From a virus (Duplodnaviria > Caudoviricetes), in IMG/VR virus record IMGVR_UViG_3300043013_000026, positions 1 through 64,000 of that record: DNA of 64,000 nt, one strand, 5' to 3'. Of the stretch, positions 9,203 to 18,508 are shown piece after piece. Both the position numbers and the translations under genes were made by a program. Every line of letters starts with the position of its first letter. Within the stretch, counting starts at the first letter, position 1. The notes beneath the pieces were generated by a model. That model saw only the letters and a list, made by a program, of their open reading frames with translations, ran no database searches and was not told the DNA's origin.

Positions 9203-9537
9203 TTTTTGCTGTTTTTAGATTGTTTATATTTCATTCCTTTTCGCGACATACTGGTAGTAGGATAATATGTGCGAGTTACGCCGCACATCTCATCATAATC
9301 TTCCAGTCGCAATGTTCCATAGTCATTATCCTCAATCTCCATGTCATTGGCAAGAAATCTGAAGTATAGCCCGCAACTGGATATGCAAGGTCCGACGCAA
9401 GCCTGATAGATTGAAGAATTTGATGTTTTGAAAGCTGTAGCCACAGCGGTTAGCGAGTGGAAATATCCCACTAAACGCTTGGATGGATTAAATACGAGGA
9501 CCGGGCTACTGGTCTTGTTACTGAGACTCTTTTTCAT
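9199..9537 (-). CDS. Small DNA-binding protein, NUMOD1-like HTH
   Basis: GYFHSLTAVATAFKTSNSSIYQAC...GLYFRF pattern. Confidence 0.45.
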   Translation of the reverse strand: MKKSLSNKTSSPVLVFNPSKRLVGYFHSLTAVATAFKTSNSSIYQACVGPCISSCGLYFRFLANDMEIEDNDYGTLRLEDYDEMCGVTRTYYPTTSMSRKGMKYKQSKNSKK

Positions 9538-9973
9538 AGTCACTTATCGCTGTTAAGACTTCGCTTGACAGACGGGCTCTCGCCGCCGACAGAAGGTATG
9601 TGTCTGATACAGCAACCCCGTGGGCAAAAAGTTCAAATACCCTGTCGCACATATATGCAAGGAAATCGGGTTCGACAAATGCTATGAACAGGAACACGAA
9701 AGTTCCATCAATTAGATAATGCCCTTCTTCATTGACTAAGCAAACCTGAGCATCATCTATCTTGTAAGCGTCGCAAAGTGCTTTGATTTGATAGCGATAC
9801 TGATTAAAGAAGGACTGGATGGGCACTGATTCTGTCATCTTCGACAGATAGTATGTAGCGTCAAAGAACGATCGCCCGTCTTCGTTCTTACCAAAGAGCA
9901 GGTTAGCGAACTCAGGAAAGGATTGCTCTTTACATTTTAATTGGATTTCACCTTTCCCTGGCTGACCCAGCAT
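9518..9973 (-). CDS. KilA-N-like DNA-binding domain protein
   Basis: FFDATYY and GTFVFLFIAFVEPDF resemble KilA-N motifs. Confidence 0.45.
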   Translation of the reverse strand: MLGQPGKGEIQLKCKEQSFPEFANLLFGKNEDGRSFFDATYYLSKMTESVPIQSFFNQYRYQIKALCDAYKIDDAQVCLVNEEGHYLIDGTFVFLFIAFVEPDFLAYMCDRVFELFAHGVAVSDTYLLSAARARLSSEVLTAISDYEKESQ

Positions 9974-10521
9974 TAGTTCTGGTCAAATTCGGATACCTTT
10001 CTCTTATGTTCGTCAAGGGGCCAATAGATTGCTTCAGCCTTGTCAAATTTGCAGTCGCGGATTACGAAATCCTGCATGTTGCTCTTGAGATATTGCGAGA
10101 TGCGGTTGGTGGCATCGGCATTAGAGCGGGCAGGAACATAGAATACCTCGGTTGTTTGTTTTTCTTTGGCTGTTCTTTCATCAAGTGTTAGGAAGATGAC
10201 TTTAACAGAGTAGAGACCTTCGCCTGAAGTTTCTTCCTCCTCAAAGTAGTTACAGCAGAACCCCTTCAGCAGTTCATCTTGCTGAGACAGGATTTCGTTA
10301 TACAACACATCCGAGATTTTAGTCTTGGTAATCTCGTAAGATACGCTACCGAACTGTGTCCGGTTAAGTGAAGAGATAATTTCATGTACAAGCGTCTCAG
10401 CTTCTGTATAGCTGGTAGCTAATACTAACTCTTCAATCTTCTTTTTGGCTAAAGAACCATTGGGCTCCTCAACCGTACATTCCGTTTTAATGCGGAAGTA
10501 ACTAAAAGTTTTTTCTTCCAT
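9973..10521 (-). CDS. DUF4494-like Bacteroidales protein
   Basis: YFRIK...NG...KKIEELVLATSYTEAE and duplicated second half; start likely MEEKTF at 10521. Confidence 0.6.
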   Translation of the reverse strand: MEEKTFSYFRIKTECTVEEPNGSLAKKKIEELVLATSYTEAETLVHEIISSLNRTQFGSVSYEITKTKISDVLYNEILSQQDELLKGFCCNYFEEEETSGEGLYSVKVIFLTLDERTAKEKQTTEVFYVPARSNADATNRISQYLKSNMQDFVIRDCKFDKAEAIYWPLDEHKRKVSEFDQN

Positions 10522-10556
10522 ATTGGTGTGATTGGAGTTAAAATTAAATGATGATG

Positions 10557-10564
10557 CAAAGATA
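10557..10564 (-). promoter_or_regulatory. Bacteroidota -7 promoter element driving the leftward operon
   Basis: TATCTTTG on minus strand 35 nt upstream of 10521. Confidence 0.6.
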
Positions 10565-10734
10565 GGTAAAATTTTCAATAGTACAATAACGAAAACAGTC
10601 TTTTTGCATTAAAATATTTTATTCAACGCTGATTATCAATAATATAGAAGATTAAAATTTTTCTAAAACATTTAAGTTGACTAATCAATATCGGATAATT
10701 GCTGGTTCGTCATAAAACAAAAATGAGCGGCGAA

Positions 10735-10751
10735 CTCTATTCTTCAGAAAG
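10735..10751 (+). promoter_or_regulatory. Candidate phage late promoter motif CTCTATTCTT-N-AAAG (copy 1)
   Basis: Same motif in leaders of protease (14251), chaperone (19057), tape measure (19742), fibre (41775). Confidence 0.6.
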
Positions 10752-10765
10752 TAAACTCGCTAACA

Positions 10766-12091
10766 ATGGCTAACGCAGAATTATCAGATAAAGAAATCTC
10801 TCAGTTGCTGGAAAGTACCTTTATGACCAGCAAAAAGAGCGTACAGGAATATGTACGGGAGATTGAGCGCCGATGCCGCTTTCAGTCTGCCTATAGGCAC
10901 CTCCAAAACGGAACGGTGCTGGATGACCGTAGCCGCCTCATAGACATCTACGATGCCTGTGTGCAACAAGACGCTCATCTACGTGGCGTACTGGAAACTC
11001 TGTTCTCTCAAATTGTGGGAGAACGATTTATGATGGCTAAGCAAAACGAGAAAGGCAAATATTCTAAGGACATTCCAGCGACCAAGAAAATCCAGAACAC
11101 TGAGTTCCTGAAGATTATCTACGGTATTGCTGAGTCGAAGCTGTATGGATATACCGGTCTTGAGTTCTTGGTTGACCCAACTCTGGAACATAATGGACTG
11201 AAGGTGAACTTTGTTGAGCGCCGTAATATTCTTGCAGACCAACGCCGTATCGTTCAGCGACAAGGAATATGGATGCCTCAGTGGAATTTCGATGACCCGA
11301 AGTATGCAGACCATTATGTTCTTGTGAATAACGGTGACTTGGGATTGTTCTCTGCTGTTGCTCCGTTAATATTAGCCAAGAAGTTTACATTTGCCAATTA
11401 CGTTAACTTTTCTCACACCTATGGTCAGCCTATTATTCATGGCAAAACCGAGTCTGAGAATACCATTGACCGTAAGCGAATGGCAAACGATATAGCGAGT
11501 GCTGCTCAGAATAAGGTTATTGTAACTGGTCTGAACGATGAGGTGGATATTAAGACTTTCACGATGTCGAACTCAGAGCAGGTGTTTACCGGGCTTATTG
11601 CTATTGTTGATAAAGACGTGTCAAATCTTATTCTCGGTTCTGAGTCAATCGCCGGTGCTACCCAATCGTATGTTGGTGCTACTCGTGCGCACGAAAACAT
11701 TTTCCGTGACCGTATTGAGGTGTATCGTGATTACATTGAGCTGGTGATGAACGAGAGCATCGTGCCTCGTCTTGTTCGTCTTGGATATTTGCCGGACGGT
11801 CTTGAGTTCAAATATGCGAAACGTATTGAGATGTCAGACGAAGACCGCATACGCTTATTCCAGAACTTAACTGCTTCTTGGGAAATGGATCCTGAAACTA
11901 TTGAGCAGGAGTTTGGTGTGAAAGTTAAACGTCAGCTGAATGTTATGACTGAAGGTGCTGGTGGTACTCCGTCCGGTGGAGGCGGCGGCTATAGCAATAA
12001 TACAACTCGTCATTTAACCGATGAAGAATATTTTAGACGTTACGGGCACGCTCGTAATACCAAAAATTTTCTTCGGGAGAGGGGGCAATAG
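10766..12091 (+). CDS. Portal protein (DUF935 / Mu gp29-like)
   Basis: DAHLRGVLET, LYGYTGLE, YGQPIIHGK, SNLILG, HENI motifs; first gene of head module. Confidence 0.8.
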   Translation: MANAELSDKEISQLLESTFMTSKKSVQEYVREIERRCRFQSAYRHLQNGTVLDDRSRLIDIYDACVQQDAHLRGVLETLFSQIVGERFMMAKQNEKGKYSKDIPATKKIQNTEFLKIIYGIAESKLYGYTGLEFLVDPTLEHNGLKVNFVERRNILADQRRIVQRQGIWMPQWNFDDPKYADHYVLVNNGDLGLFSAVAPLILAKKFTFANYVNFSHTYGQPIIHGKTESENTIDRKRMANDIASAAQNKVIVTGLNDEVDIKTFTMSNSEQVFTGLIAIVDKDVSNLILGSESIAGATQSYVGATRAHENIFRDRIEVYRDYIELVMNESIVPRLVRLGYLPDGLEFKYAKRIEMSDEDRIRLFQNLTASWEMDPETIEQEFGVKVKRQLNVMTEGAGGTPSGGGGGYSNNTTRHLTDEEYFRRYGHARNTKNFLRERGQ

Positions 12092-12108
12092 GTCCGACCC
12101 TACTCTCC
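12064..12108 (+). other. Putative -1 programmed ribosomal frameshift signal linking portal to gpF-like ORF
   Basis: In-phase A AAT TTT (12064-12070), 5-nt spacer, stem GGAGAG(GGG)/(CCC)..CTCTCC 12076-12108; -1 frame open into 12112 ORF. Confidence 0.6.
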
Positions 12109-12111
12109 AAC

Positions 12112-12990
12112 GTGATGGCATTACGACATCCAGATACAAGCGAGGACCGGCATGAAAAAGAGGTGGCAGTATTGTTGGCTCTATTCCATGATTTTGTCAT
12201 CAGTGTTGCTAATCAGGAGAACGAATGGGATACACTGGAAGATTTGATGGAAGCTCGTGCTGACATTATGATTAGACGAGCACTGGATGGTTTTGGCATT
12301 ACGTTTGAAGATGCAATAAAGCTCATCCGTGAAGCTGAAGGTCTTGACAGTGAACAGATTGCCCAACGAAATATTGTTATGGCGGCTGTTGATAACCTTG
12401 TTGATTTCTCAGTAGTCGCGGAGTACCAGATGGCCGATGACATGGCTGAGCTGGAAGAAGAACTTAGCGATGAGGAGTCTGAAGATATGGATGATGACGA
12501 CTGGAAGCTGTTTTTCTTGCCTGTGTTCAAGCGTTTCAACGACCAATATATGCGTACAGAAAATCAGGATGCGGAGTATTCAATGATTGTTGCTGCTTTT
12601 CTTGCAGCTGTCAGAGATGATACTGTGCTGATGTACATGACACAAGGCGATGAGCGTGTGCGCCCTTGGCACTTGCAGTATGAGGGCTTCACGGCACCAA
12701 AATCTCGCTTCCCGGCTTGGCTGATACCGCCTATTGAATATCAGTGCCGTTGCTATTTGGTTGAGGATACCGCTTCAATAGACGGAAAGTCAAACCTTAG
12801 CTCGGTTCAGGCAATGGCCACTCCTGAGATGCCTGATTGGTTCAACCGCACATTTAAGGAGAGCGTTGCGCTGGGTGGTCGAATTTTCTCAGATGAACAT
12901 CCATACTTCCAAGTTGATGAGCGACATGTTGGCCGTCTCAATGCCATAGCTAAACGAATTAAAGCGAAATATTATGACGAGAATCAATAG
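12112..12990 (+). CDS. Head morphogenesis protein (Mu gpF / SPP1 gp7-like)
   Basis: YMTQGDERVRPWH...PPIEYQCRC signature; FSDEHPYF tail; follows portal. Confidence 0.85.
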   Translation: MMALRHPDTSEDRHEKEVAVLLALFHDFVISVANQENEWDTLEDLMEARADIMIRRALDGFGITFEDAIKLIREAEGLDSEQIAQRNIVMAAVDNLVDFSVVAEYQMADDMAELEEELSDEESEDMDDDDWKLFFLPVFKRFNDQYMRTENQDAEYSMIVAAFLAAVRDDTVLMYMTQGDERVRPWHLQYEGFTAPKSRFPAWLIPPIEYQCRCYLVEDTASIDGKSNLSSVQAMATPEMPDWFNRTFKESVALGGRIFSDEHPYFQVDERHVGRLNAIAKRIKAKYYDENQ

Positions 12991-13510
12991 AGGTATTCCG
13001 ATAACACCTCAGCAATGGGTGACATCGTGGGAGTTGCTTCCACATCAGTTTGAATTGAATATCTGGAATTTTCAGGTATCAGTTGGTCGCTCTGCTGTGG
13101 AGATATTCCAGAAGTCGTTTGATATGAAGCGTTTTAATACTTCTGGCAGTGTCGTTTGGAAGCATCGTCCAAAGCGCAACAAAGGTGGTTATACCGTCGG
13201 TGGCTTGATCGAGTCACATTCGTTGCGCAACTCTATTGTGTATGAGACTGAAACATATAATCGTACAAGAGGTCGCATCAAAGTTTTTACCGACCCATCA
13301 GCATTTAGTGGAACATATAGTCACAGAGGCTTCTGCTTCGCCGCAGTACATAACTCTGATGACTCATCTATACGAACCGGACGAGTGGCTAACATGCCAC
13401 AACGCCAGTTCATGCCAACTGAAAAGAAAGACTCATCTGTAATGAATGATAAGTTACGTGAGCTTGAAAGAATGATTTTTAGAACTTTCCCAGGCGTAGT
13501 TAGACGATGA
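12974..13510 (+). CDS. Virion morphogenesis protein (Mu gpG-like)
   Basis: F...W..R, LRNSI, FAAVHN, MPQRQFM motifs. Confidence 0.7.
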   Translation: MTRINRGIPITPQQWVTSWELLPHQFELNIWNFQVSVGRSAVEIFQKSFDMKRFNTSGSVVWKHRPKRNKGGYTVGGLIESHSLRNSIVYETETYNRTRGRIKVFTDPSAFSGTYSHRGFCFAAVHNSDDSSIRTGRVANMPQRQFMPTEKKDSSVMNDKLRELERMIFRTFPGVVRR

Positions 13511-14226
13511 TAGTAGATAAAAAGCCAATTCAACCGTCCGAACCGGAAGAAGTCATAACCCCTGAAGTGTACGATGAAGTCCAAGAGGCCGTTGAAACCA
13601 ACGCCATGATTGAGACGTACAAGGCGGTGAGAAAAATTTTGGAGTCTATTAAGGAAGACCCTAATGACCCGGACAGCCCGCCATTGTTCAAAACTATCAA
13701 ACTGGACAATGGCCAATTAACTCGTATTAAACACGATGAATACAACAAGGAGTATGGTATTGTATTCCCAGCAGTGTTCATCCACTTTATCGACATTTAT
13801 TACAATGTCGGTACTTCAAGTATTGCTGATGGCAAGGGCACAATGCGTATTCATTATGTGCTTAACAGGTTGAACAACAGCGATGATGAGGTTGAATGTG
13901 AAGGGTTAGCGGTATATAAACGAATTATTGCTGCTATTGAGGAGCAAAAAAGCTCGTTCCCAGCACTCGTCTATCGCTTCCAGTTGCAATACTGGGATCA
14001 GCCATTGTCATTTGATGATGCTTTACAGCCTTATTGGATTGATTATCAGATTTGGTTCCAAGACTTCACCTCATACGCATACAAGAATTACAAGGATGTG
14101 TATGTTACTGTGCCACCGTTTACTCAGCCAAGCGACCAGAATGAAATTGCGAACCCTGACCATTCGCCTAATTTCGCTGAGCCTAAGTTTGAAGATGTTG
14201 CCGGTTTTGATAATATCACGGGGTGA
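13507..14226 (+). CDS. Putative neck / tail-completion protein
   Basis: FPAVFIHF motif and position in morphogenesis block. Confidence 0.5.
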   Translation: MIVDKKPIQPSEPEEVITPEVYDEVQEAVETNAMIETYKAVRKILESIKEDPNDPDSPPLFKTIKLDNGQLTRIKHDEYNKEYGIVFPAVFIHFIDIYYNVGTSSIADGKGTMRIHYVLNRLNNSDDEVECEGLAVYKRIIAAIEEQKSSFPALVYRFQLQYWDQPLSFDDALQPYWIDYQIWFQDFTSYAYKNYKDVYVTVPPFTQPSDQNEIANPDHSPNFAEPKFEDVAGFDNITG

Positions 14227-14268
14227 TTTCACCCAAATTAAATTACAATCCTCTATTCTTGGGAAAAG
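14227..14268 (+). promoter_or_regulatory. Candidate late promoter (copy 2)
   Basis: TTTCACC-19nt-CTATTCT...AAAG upstream of ATG 14279. Confidence 0.6.
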
Positions 14269-14278
14269 GTAAATCACA

Positions 14279-15544
14279 ATGGACGTAGAAAATCTGAAAT
14301 ATGTAGTTGGTAAGGCTGAAACAGACAAGCCGGCTATTATACGCTTTTTCTCTTCCGTAGATGAATGTAGCGTCCAATGCTTCAATGATGAATTTTTGTG
14401 GCTGCAAGATTATGTTAAGCCCTCAAAAATTATCGTGATGATTAACTCAGAGGGCGGTTCAGTTCTTTACGGAATGAGCACATTCTCAATCATACGCTCT
14501 TGTCCTATTGAAGTTGATTGCGTAGTTGAGGGTATTGCTGCTTCGATGGCAAGTATCATTTGGGCAGCTGGTGACAATCTGTTCATGCACGATTATTCGT
14601 TGCTGATGATTCACAATCCCTTCAATGCTAAGAACATTGATAACGACCCGTCGCTCAAACAAACCGTGGAAGCTTTCCGCTCTCAGCTTGAAACCATTTA
14701 TACCAAACGTTTTGGTCTGTCCAAAGAAAAGGTAGCTGCCATTATGAATGGCGAAGGTGAAGCTGACGGCACATTCTTCAGTGCGTCTGATGCAGTTAAA
14801 GCTGGTTTTCTCCCGGCTGAGAACGTTATCAAAACTTCAAAGAAGGTTCGTGACAAAGTAAAATGCGAGATGGAAGGTATCGTAGATACCGCTTCAATTA
14901 GAGACATCATGTCGGCTGTGTCTGCCGAAGTGGATGAAAATAAACTTCTTGAGGACATCAGCGCTATTCGTAATCGAAAAGACAATTCACAAATCCAAGA
15001 TCAAAATAAAATGGAAACTAACGAAAATGTAAATTTCGACGCCATTTCAGCACAACTTGGACTCGCGAAGGACACTCAGGCCGCAGCGATAGAAGCTCGT
15101 ATTGCTGAGTTGATGAAGACAGAGGCAACCCTCAAGGAAACTCAGAGTGAGTTGACCGCTGTCAAAATTAAACTCGAAGGCAAGGAAGCAGAACTCGCAA
15201 ACGTCAACAGTGAACTTAGTGAAGTCAAGGACGCTCTCAAGGCGTACAAGGACGCTGAGCAAGCTGCTCGCGAGGCCGAGATCGCTTCAGTCATTGAAGA
15301 TGCTATCAAGGCAGGTAAAATTGAGGCTTCTGCAAAAGACGCTTGGGTGACGATGGCTAACGCCGACTTCGCTACTGTAAAAGCAACTCTTGCATCAATC
15401 CAGGCCCGTGAGGTAATCACGGCTACAATCGCATCAGATCCCGCTAACGTGGCTACTGTTGAGAAGACGTTGGAAGACGTTGACGCTCAGGTAAAAGCAG
15501 CCATTAAGGAAAAGTTGGGTGACGTGCAGTTCGACAAATTTTAA
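14279..15544 (+). CDS. ClpP-like prohead protease fused to coiled-coil scaffold region
   Basis: INSEGGSV, GIAASMAS, LMIHNP, FFSASDAVKAGF; Ala/Glu/Lys-rich C-terminal half. Confidence 0.85.
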   Translation: MDVENLKYVVGKAETDKPAIIRFFSSVDECSVQCFNDEFLWLQDYVKPSKIIVMINSEGGSVLYGMSTFSIIRSCPIEVDCVVEGIAASMASIIWAAGDNLFMHDYSLLMIHNPFNAKNIDNDPSLKQTVEAFRSQLETIYTKRFGLSKEKVAAIMNGEGEADGTFFSASDAVKAGFLPAENVIKTSKKVRDKVKCEMEGIVDTASIRDIMSAVSAEVDENKLLEDISAIRNRKDNSQIQDQNKMETNENVNFDAISAQLGLAKDTQAAAIEARIAELMKTEATLKETQSELTAVKIKLEGKEAELANVNSELSEVKDALKAYKDAEQAAREAEIASVIEDAIKAGKIEASAKDAWVTMANADFATVKATLASIQAREVITATIASDPANVATVEKTLEDVDAQVKAAIKEKLGDVQFDKF

Positions 15545-15562
15545 TTCCCCGTCACAATAACA

Positions 15563-16660
15563 ATGGCTACTATTAATTTTGCCGGTAACACTTATGCGGG
15601 TGAGGTTCTTGAAGACCTCCTGGTATATACCGCGAAGGGGAACGAGACTTATGAGGCTGGTCTTGTTCATGTTAAGCCCGGTATTCAAAAACGTTACGTT
15701 TTGCCTCATATCCAACTGGGCTCTATCATCCAGGACAACAAGCCTACTCCTACTTCTGTAGATGGCGCTGCCAACGATGAGAGCGGATTTAACCAGTACA
15801 AACTCTCTGAGCGCTACTTGGACCCTCAAGACTTCATGGTCTATCTGGAGTTCAATCCTCGCGACTTCGAGGAATACTGGCGCTTTGCTCAGCCCACCGG
15901 ACCTCTTGTATTCCGTGAACTTGACCCCGCTGTTCAGAAGACTATGCTTCGTCTGCTTCTCGACCGCAAAGACCAGTACATCAACGACTGTATCTGGTGT
16001 GGTAAGAAAGGCGGCGTAGATGCCAAAATCACTGCTCCTGAAGGTGCAACTGCTCTTGGTGGTGCTTCTGCTGCTGGCTTGATGAAGTACTTCGACGGTG
16101 CTCTCGCTCGTGTTCTTGCTAACCTCAAAGCTCAGGCTGTTGTCGCAGCTGGTGAGGCTTCTGCAATCACCGAGGACATTAAGAACGAGGTTGCTTCTGG
16201 TGAAGTGGTTCTCGCAGGCGCTGACACTTTCACAACCGGTAAAGACGTTGAAGACGCACTTTACGCTATTTGGATGAAGACTCCGGCTCACGTCCGCAAA
16301 TCTAATAAGCTCAAATTCGTTATGGGCTGGGATGTTTGGGACCTCTACGACCAGTACCTCACCTCGAAAGAGTACAAGTACGTTGAAAACCCCGACGTTA
16401 ACCGTCGCACTTTCAAGGGCAAACAGATCGTTGTAGTTGACGGTATTCCCGAATCTACAATCTTCTTCGGCAAGTTCTCTAACGACGCTGATTCTTGTCT
16501 CTGGATGGCAATCGACTACAGCACCGATGAGGAGTCTGTAAAGGTTGAACGTCTTCAGGCTAACTCCGAACTTTACTTCTTCCAAATGCGCATGAAGATG
16601 GACATCAACCTCGTGCGTCCGAGTGAGATTATCGTTTGGACTCCGTACAAGAACGCCTAA
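15563..16660 (+). CDS. Major capsid protein
   Basis: 365 aa, directly after protease/scaffold, biased high-expression codon usage, followed by terminator. Confidence 0.75.
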   Translation: MATINFAGNTYAGEVLEDLLVYTAKGNETYEAGLVHVKPGIQKRYVLPHIQLGSIIQDNKPTPTSVDGAANDESGFNQYKLSERYLDPQDFMVYLEFNPRDFEEYWRFAQPTGPLVFRELDPAVQKTMLRLLLDRKDQYINDCIWCGKKGGVDAKITAPEGATALGGASAAGLMKYFDGALARVLANLKAQAVVAAGEASAITEDIKNEVASGEVVLAGADTFTTGKDVEDALYAIWMKTPAHVRKSNKLKFVMGWDVWDLYDQYLTSKEYKYVENPDVNRRTFKGKQIVVVDGIPESTIFFGKFSNDADSCLWMAIDYSTDEESVKVERLQANSELYFFQMRMKMDINLVRPSEIIVWTPYKNA

Positions 16661-16685
16661 CTCATTATCGCATAGTATCATCGAC

Positions 16686-16725
16686 AAGAGGAGTGGAGGA
16701 ATAACGAAACTCCGCTCCTCTTTTT
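16686..16725 (+). terminator. Intrinsic terminator after capsid gene
   Basis: AAGAGGAGTGGAG / CTCCGCTCCTCTT stem then T run. Confidence 0.75.
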
Positions 16726-16747
16726 AATTAAAACAATAGTAAACTTT

Positions 16748-17146
16748 ATGGTAAGAAAAAATAAAGCAGCGGTTGAGGAAGAAGTCCCTGTAGTGAACAC
16801 TGAGGAGACCACCGAGACCCAAGCCCCTCAAACAGAGGAAGCGCCGGTTGATACGCCAGCTGAGACTACTGTTGAAGCACCTGTTGATACCAAGGCTGAT
16901 GAAACATCGACTGAAGTCGAGTCCACACCTGAGACAGAAACCGAGAGTAAAGCGGTTGAGGAAGAAGTCCCTGCCGAGAAGCCTGTTCTTACAGACATTC
17001 CCGACAAAGCTAAAGCCTATCTGAAACGCCATACCGAAGTTAAGGAGATTTATATCGACAAGCTTGGTGGCGTTTACCCCAGCGACACTCCAAAGGTGTT
17101 CGTAAAGAACGCAACTCTCTACCAGAATCCGTATTTCAAATTATAA
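16748..17146 (+). CDS. Hypothetical protein with acidic E/T/P-rich N-terminus
   Basis: ORF between capsid and sheath, A-rich leader. Confidence 0.7.
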   Translation: MVRKNKAAVEEEVPVVNTEETTETQAPQTEEAPVDTPAETTVEAPVDTKADETSTEVESTPETETESKAVEEEVPAEKPVLTDIPDKAKAYLKRHTEVKEIYIDKLGGVYPSDTPKVFVKNATLYQNPYFKL

Positions 17147-17158
17147 ACTTCTCATACA

Positions 17159-18490
17159 ATGGCATTAGGAAACGTTTTTATGAGCGACCTGGATGGCAAC
17201 ATTCCCAGCACTACAAACACCAATGTAGAAAAGGTTTGCGGTCTCCTCTTCGACATCTCCGGCCAGCCCGATTTTTGGACTAAAGGTGCCGGCGCTGCTA
17301 TCGCCGATACATGGAAGGACACAGTAGTTGAGCTTAACAGCCTCAACGACGCTGTTGAAGCCGGTATTACCGCTTACACTGGTGAGGTGGATTCGGAGAC
17401 CAGCGAAAGCACTGACTTGCTCGCAGGTATTCCTTACTACCATATCAGCAAGTTCTACGGTATGGCCGGTGGTTCAGGTCGTTTGTTTGTGATGTTTGCT
17501 GACTGTTCTAAAGACTGGAACGCACTCATCGAAATGCAACGAGCTGCTAACGGTGTCATCTTCCAAATCGGTATTTGGACTGAGCAACAGCTTTGGACCA
17601 AACCCGATGAAGCAGCTAACAGTTATTCAATCTCCCTCGTTGCTGACCTTAATCGTGTAGCTAAAGAGCTTGCTGACGATTATTTCGCTCCGGTATCTCT
17701 CTTGGTTAACGCCAACACGTCTAAGGTCAAAGTCGGCACTGCTACTTCTAACACTATCGCAATCAGCCAGATTCCGTCTTGCGTTATCGACGCTCGCTAC
17801 GTAACTGTGCTCTTGTCTCAGTCAATGGAAGAGTCTGTTCGCCGTATGCAGGCTTCCCTGACATCTACCACTCCTGTTGGTATTGTTGGTCTTGCTCTTG
17901 GCGCACTCACTCAGGCAAGTGTAGGTGAGTCTATCGGTTGGGTTCAGAACTTTGACGTTGTAAGCTATGTGCCGGCTATTGAAATGGGCTTCGGTGACTC
18001 AACAGTTGCTGACGGTCTCATCACTAACGGTCTTAGCTACTCAGCTTTGACTAAGGCTCAGCTCAACGCTCTTGAGGAAGCTGGTTACGTGTTCTTGCGT
18101 ACATTTGAAGGTCTTGAAGGCCACGTGTACTTCGCAAATGACCACACCTGCTCTGCCGGCGACTATTGCACTATTGCTCGCAACCGTGCAATCAATAAAT
18201 CTCGCAAGTTGGTTCGTACCGCTCTGTTGCCTTACGTCAACTCGCCTATCAAAGTTGATCCGTCTTCAGGCGAACTTTCTTCGGCTCAAGTTACTGTATT
18301 CGAGAACCTCGTTACAGATGTACTTGACGAGATGGAGAGCGCTGAGGAAATTAGCGGTACTTCATTCGTGACTGTATCGTCTGACCAAAACATTCTTGTA
18401 ACTAAAAAGCTGACCCTTTCGTATGGCATCGTTCCTATGGGCTGTGCCGAGTCTATCGAAGTCACCGAAGGTCTTTACGTCAGCCAGTAA
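17159..18490 (+). CDS. Tail sheath protein (DUF2586-like)
   Basis: YYHISKFY, ESIGWV, GYVFLR, YFANDHT, IARNRAINK motifs; precedes tube gene. Confidence 0.8.
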   Translation: MALGNVFMSDLDGNIPSTTNTNVEKVCGLLFDISGQPDFWTKGAGAAIADTWKDTVVELNSLNDAVEAGITAYTGEVDSETSESTDLLAGIPYYHISKFYGMAGGSGRLFVMFADCSKDWNALIEMQRAANGVIFQIGIWTEQQLWTKPDEAANSYSISLVADLNRVAKELADDYFAPVSLLVNANTSKVKVGTATSNTIAISQIPSCVIDARYVTVLLSQSMEESVRRMQASLTSTTPVGIVGLALGALTQASVGESIGWVQNFDVVSYVPAIEMGFGDSTVADGLITNGLSYSALTKAQLNALEEAGYVFLRTFEGLEGHVYFANDHTCSAGDYCTIARNRAINKSRKLVRTALLPYVNSPIKVDPSSGELSSAQVTVFENLVTDVLDEMESAEEISGTSFVTVSSDQNILVTKKLTLSYGIVPMGCAESIEVTEGLYVSQ

Positions 18491-18508
18491 ACAAAATAGT
18501 ATAAGAAT

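Noticed and set aside
15434-16687. 417-aa antisense ORF over the capsid gene and similar shadow ORFs
   Set aside because: Expected from codon bias of the sense gene; no motifs or expression signals
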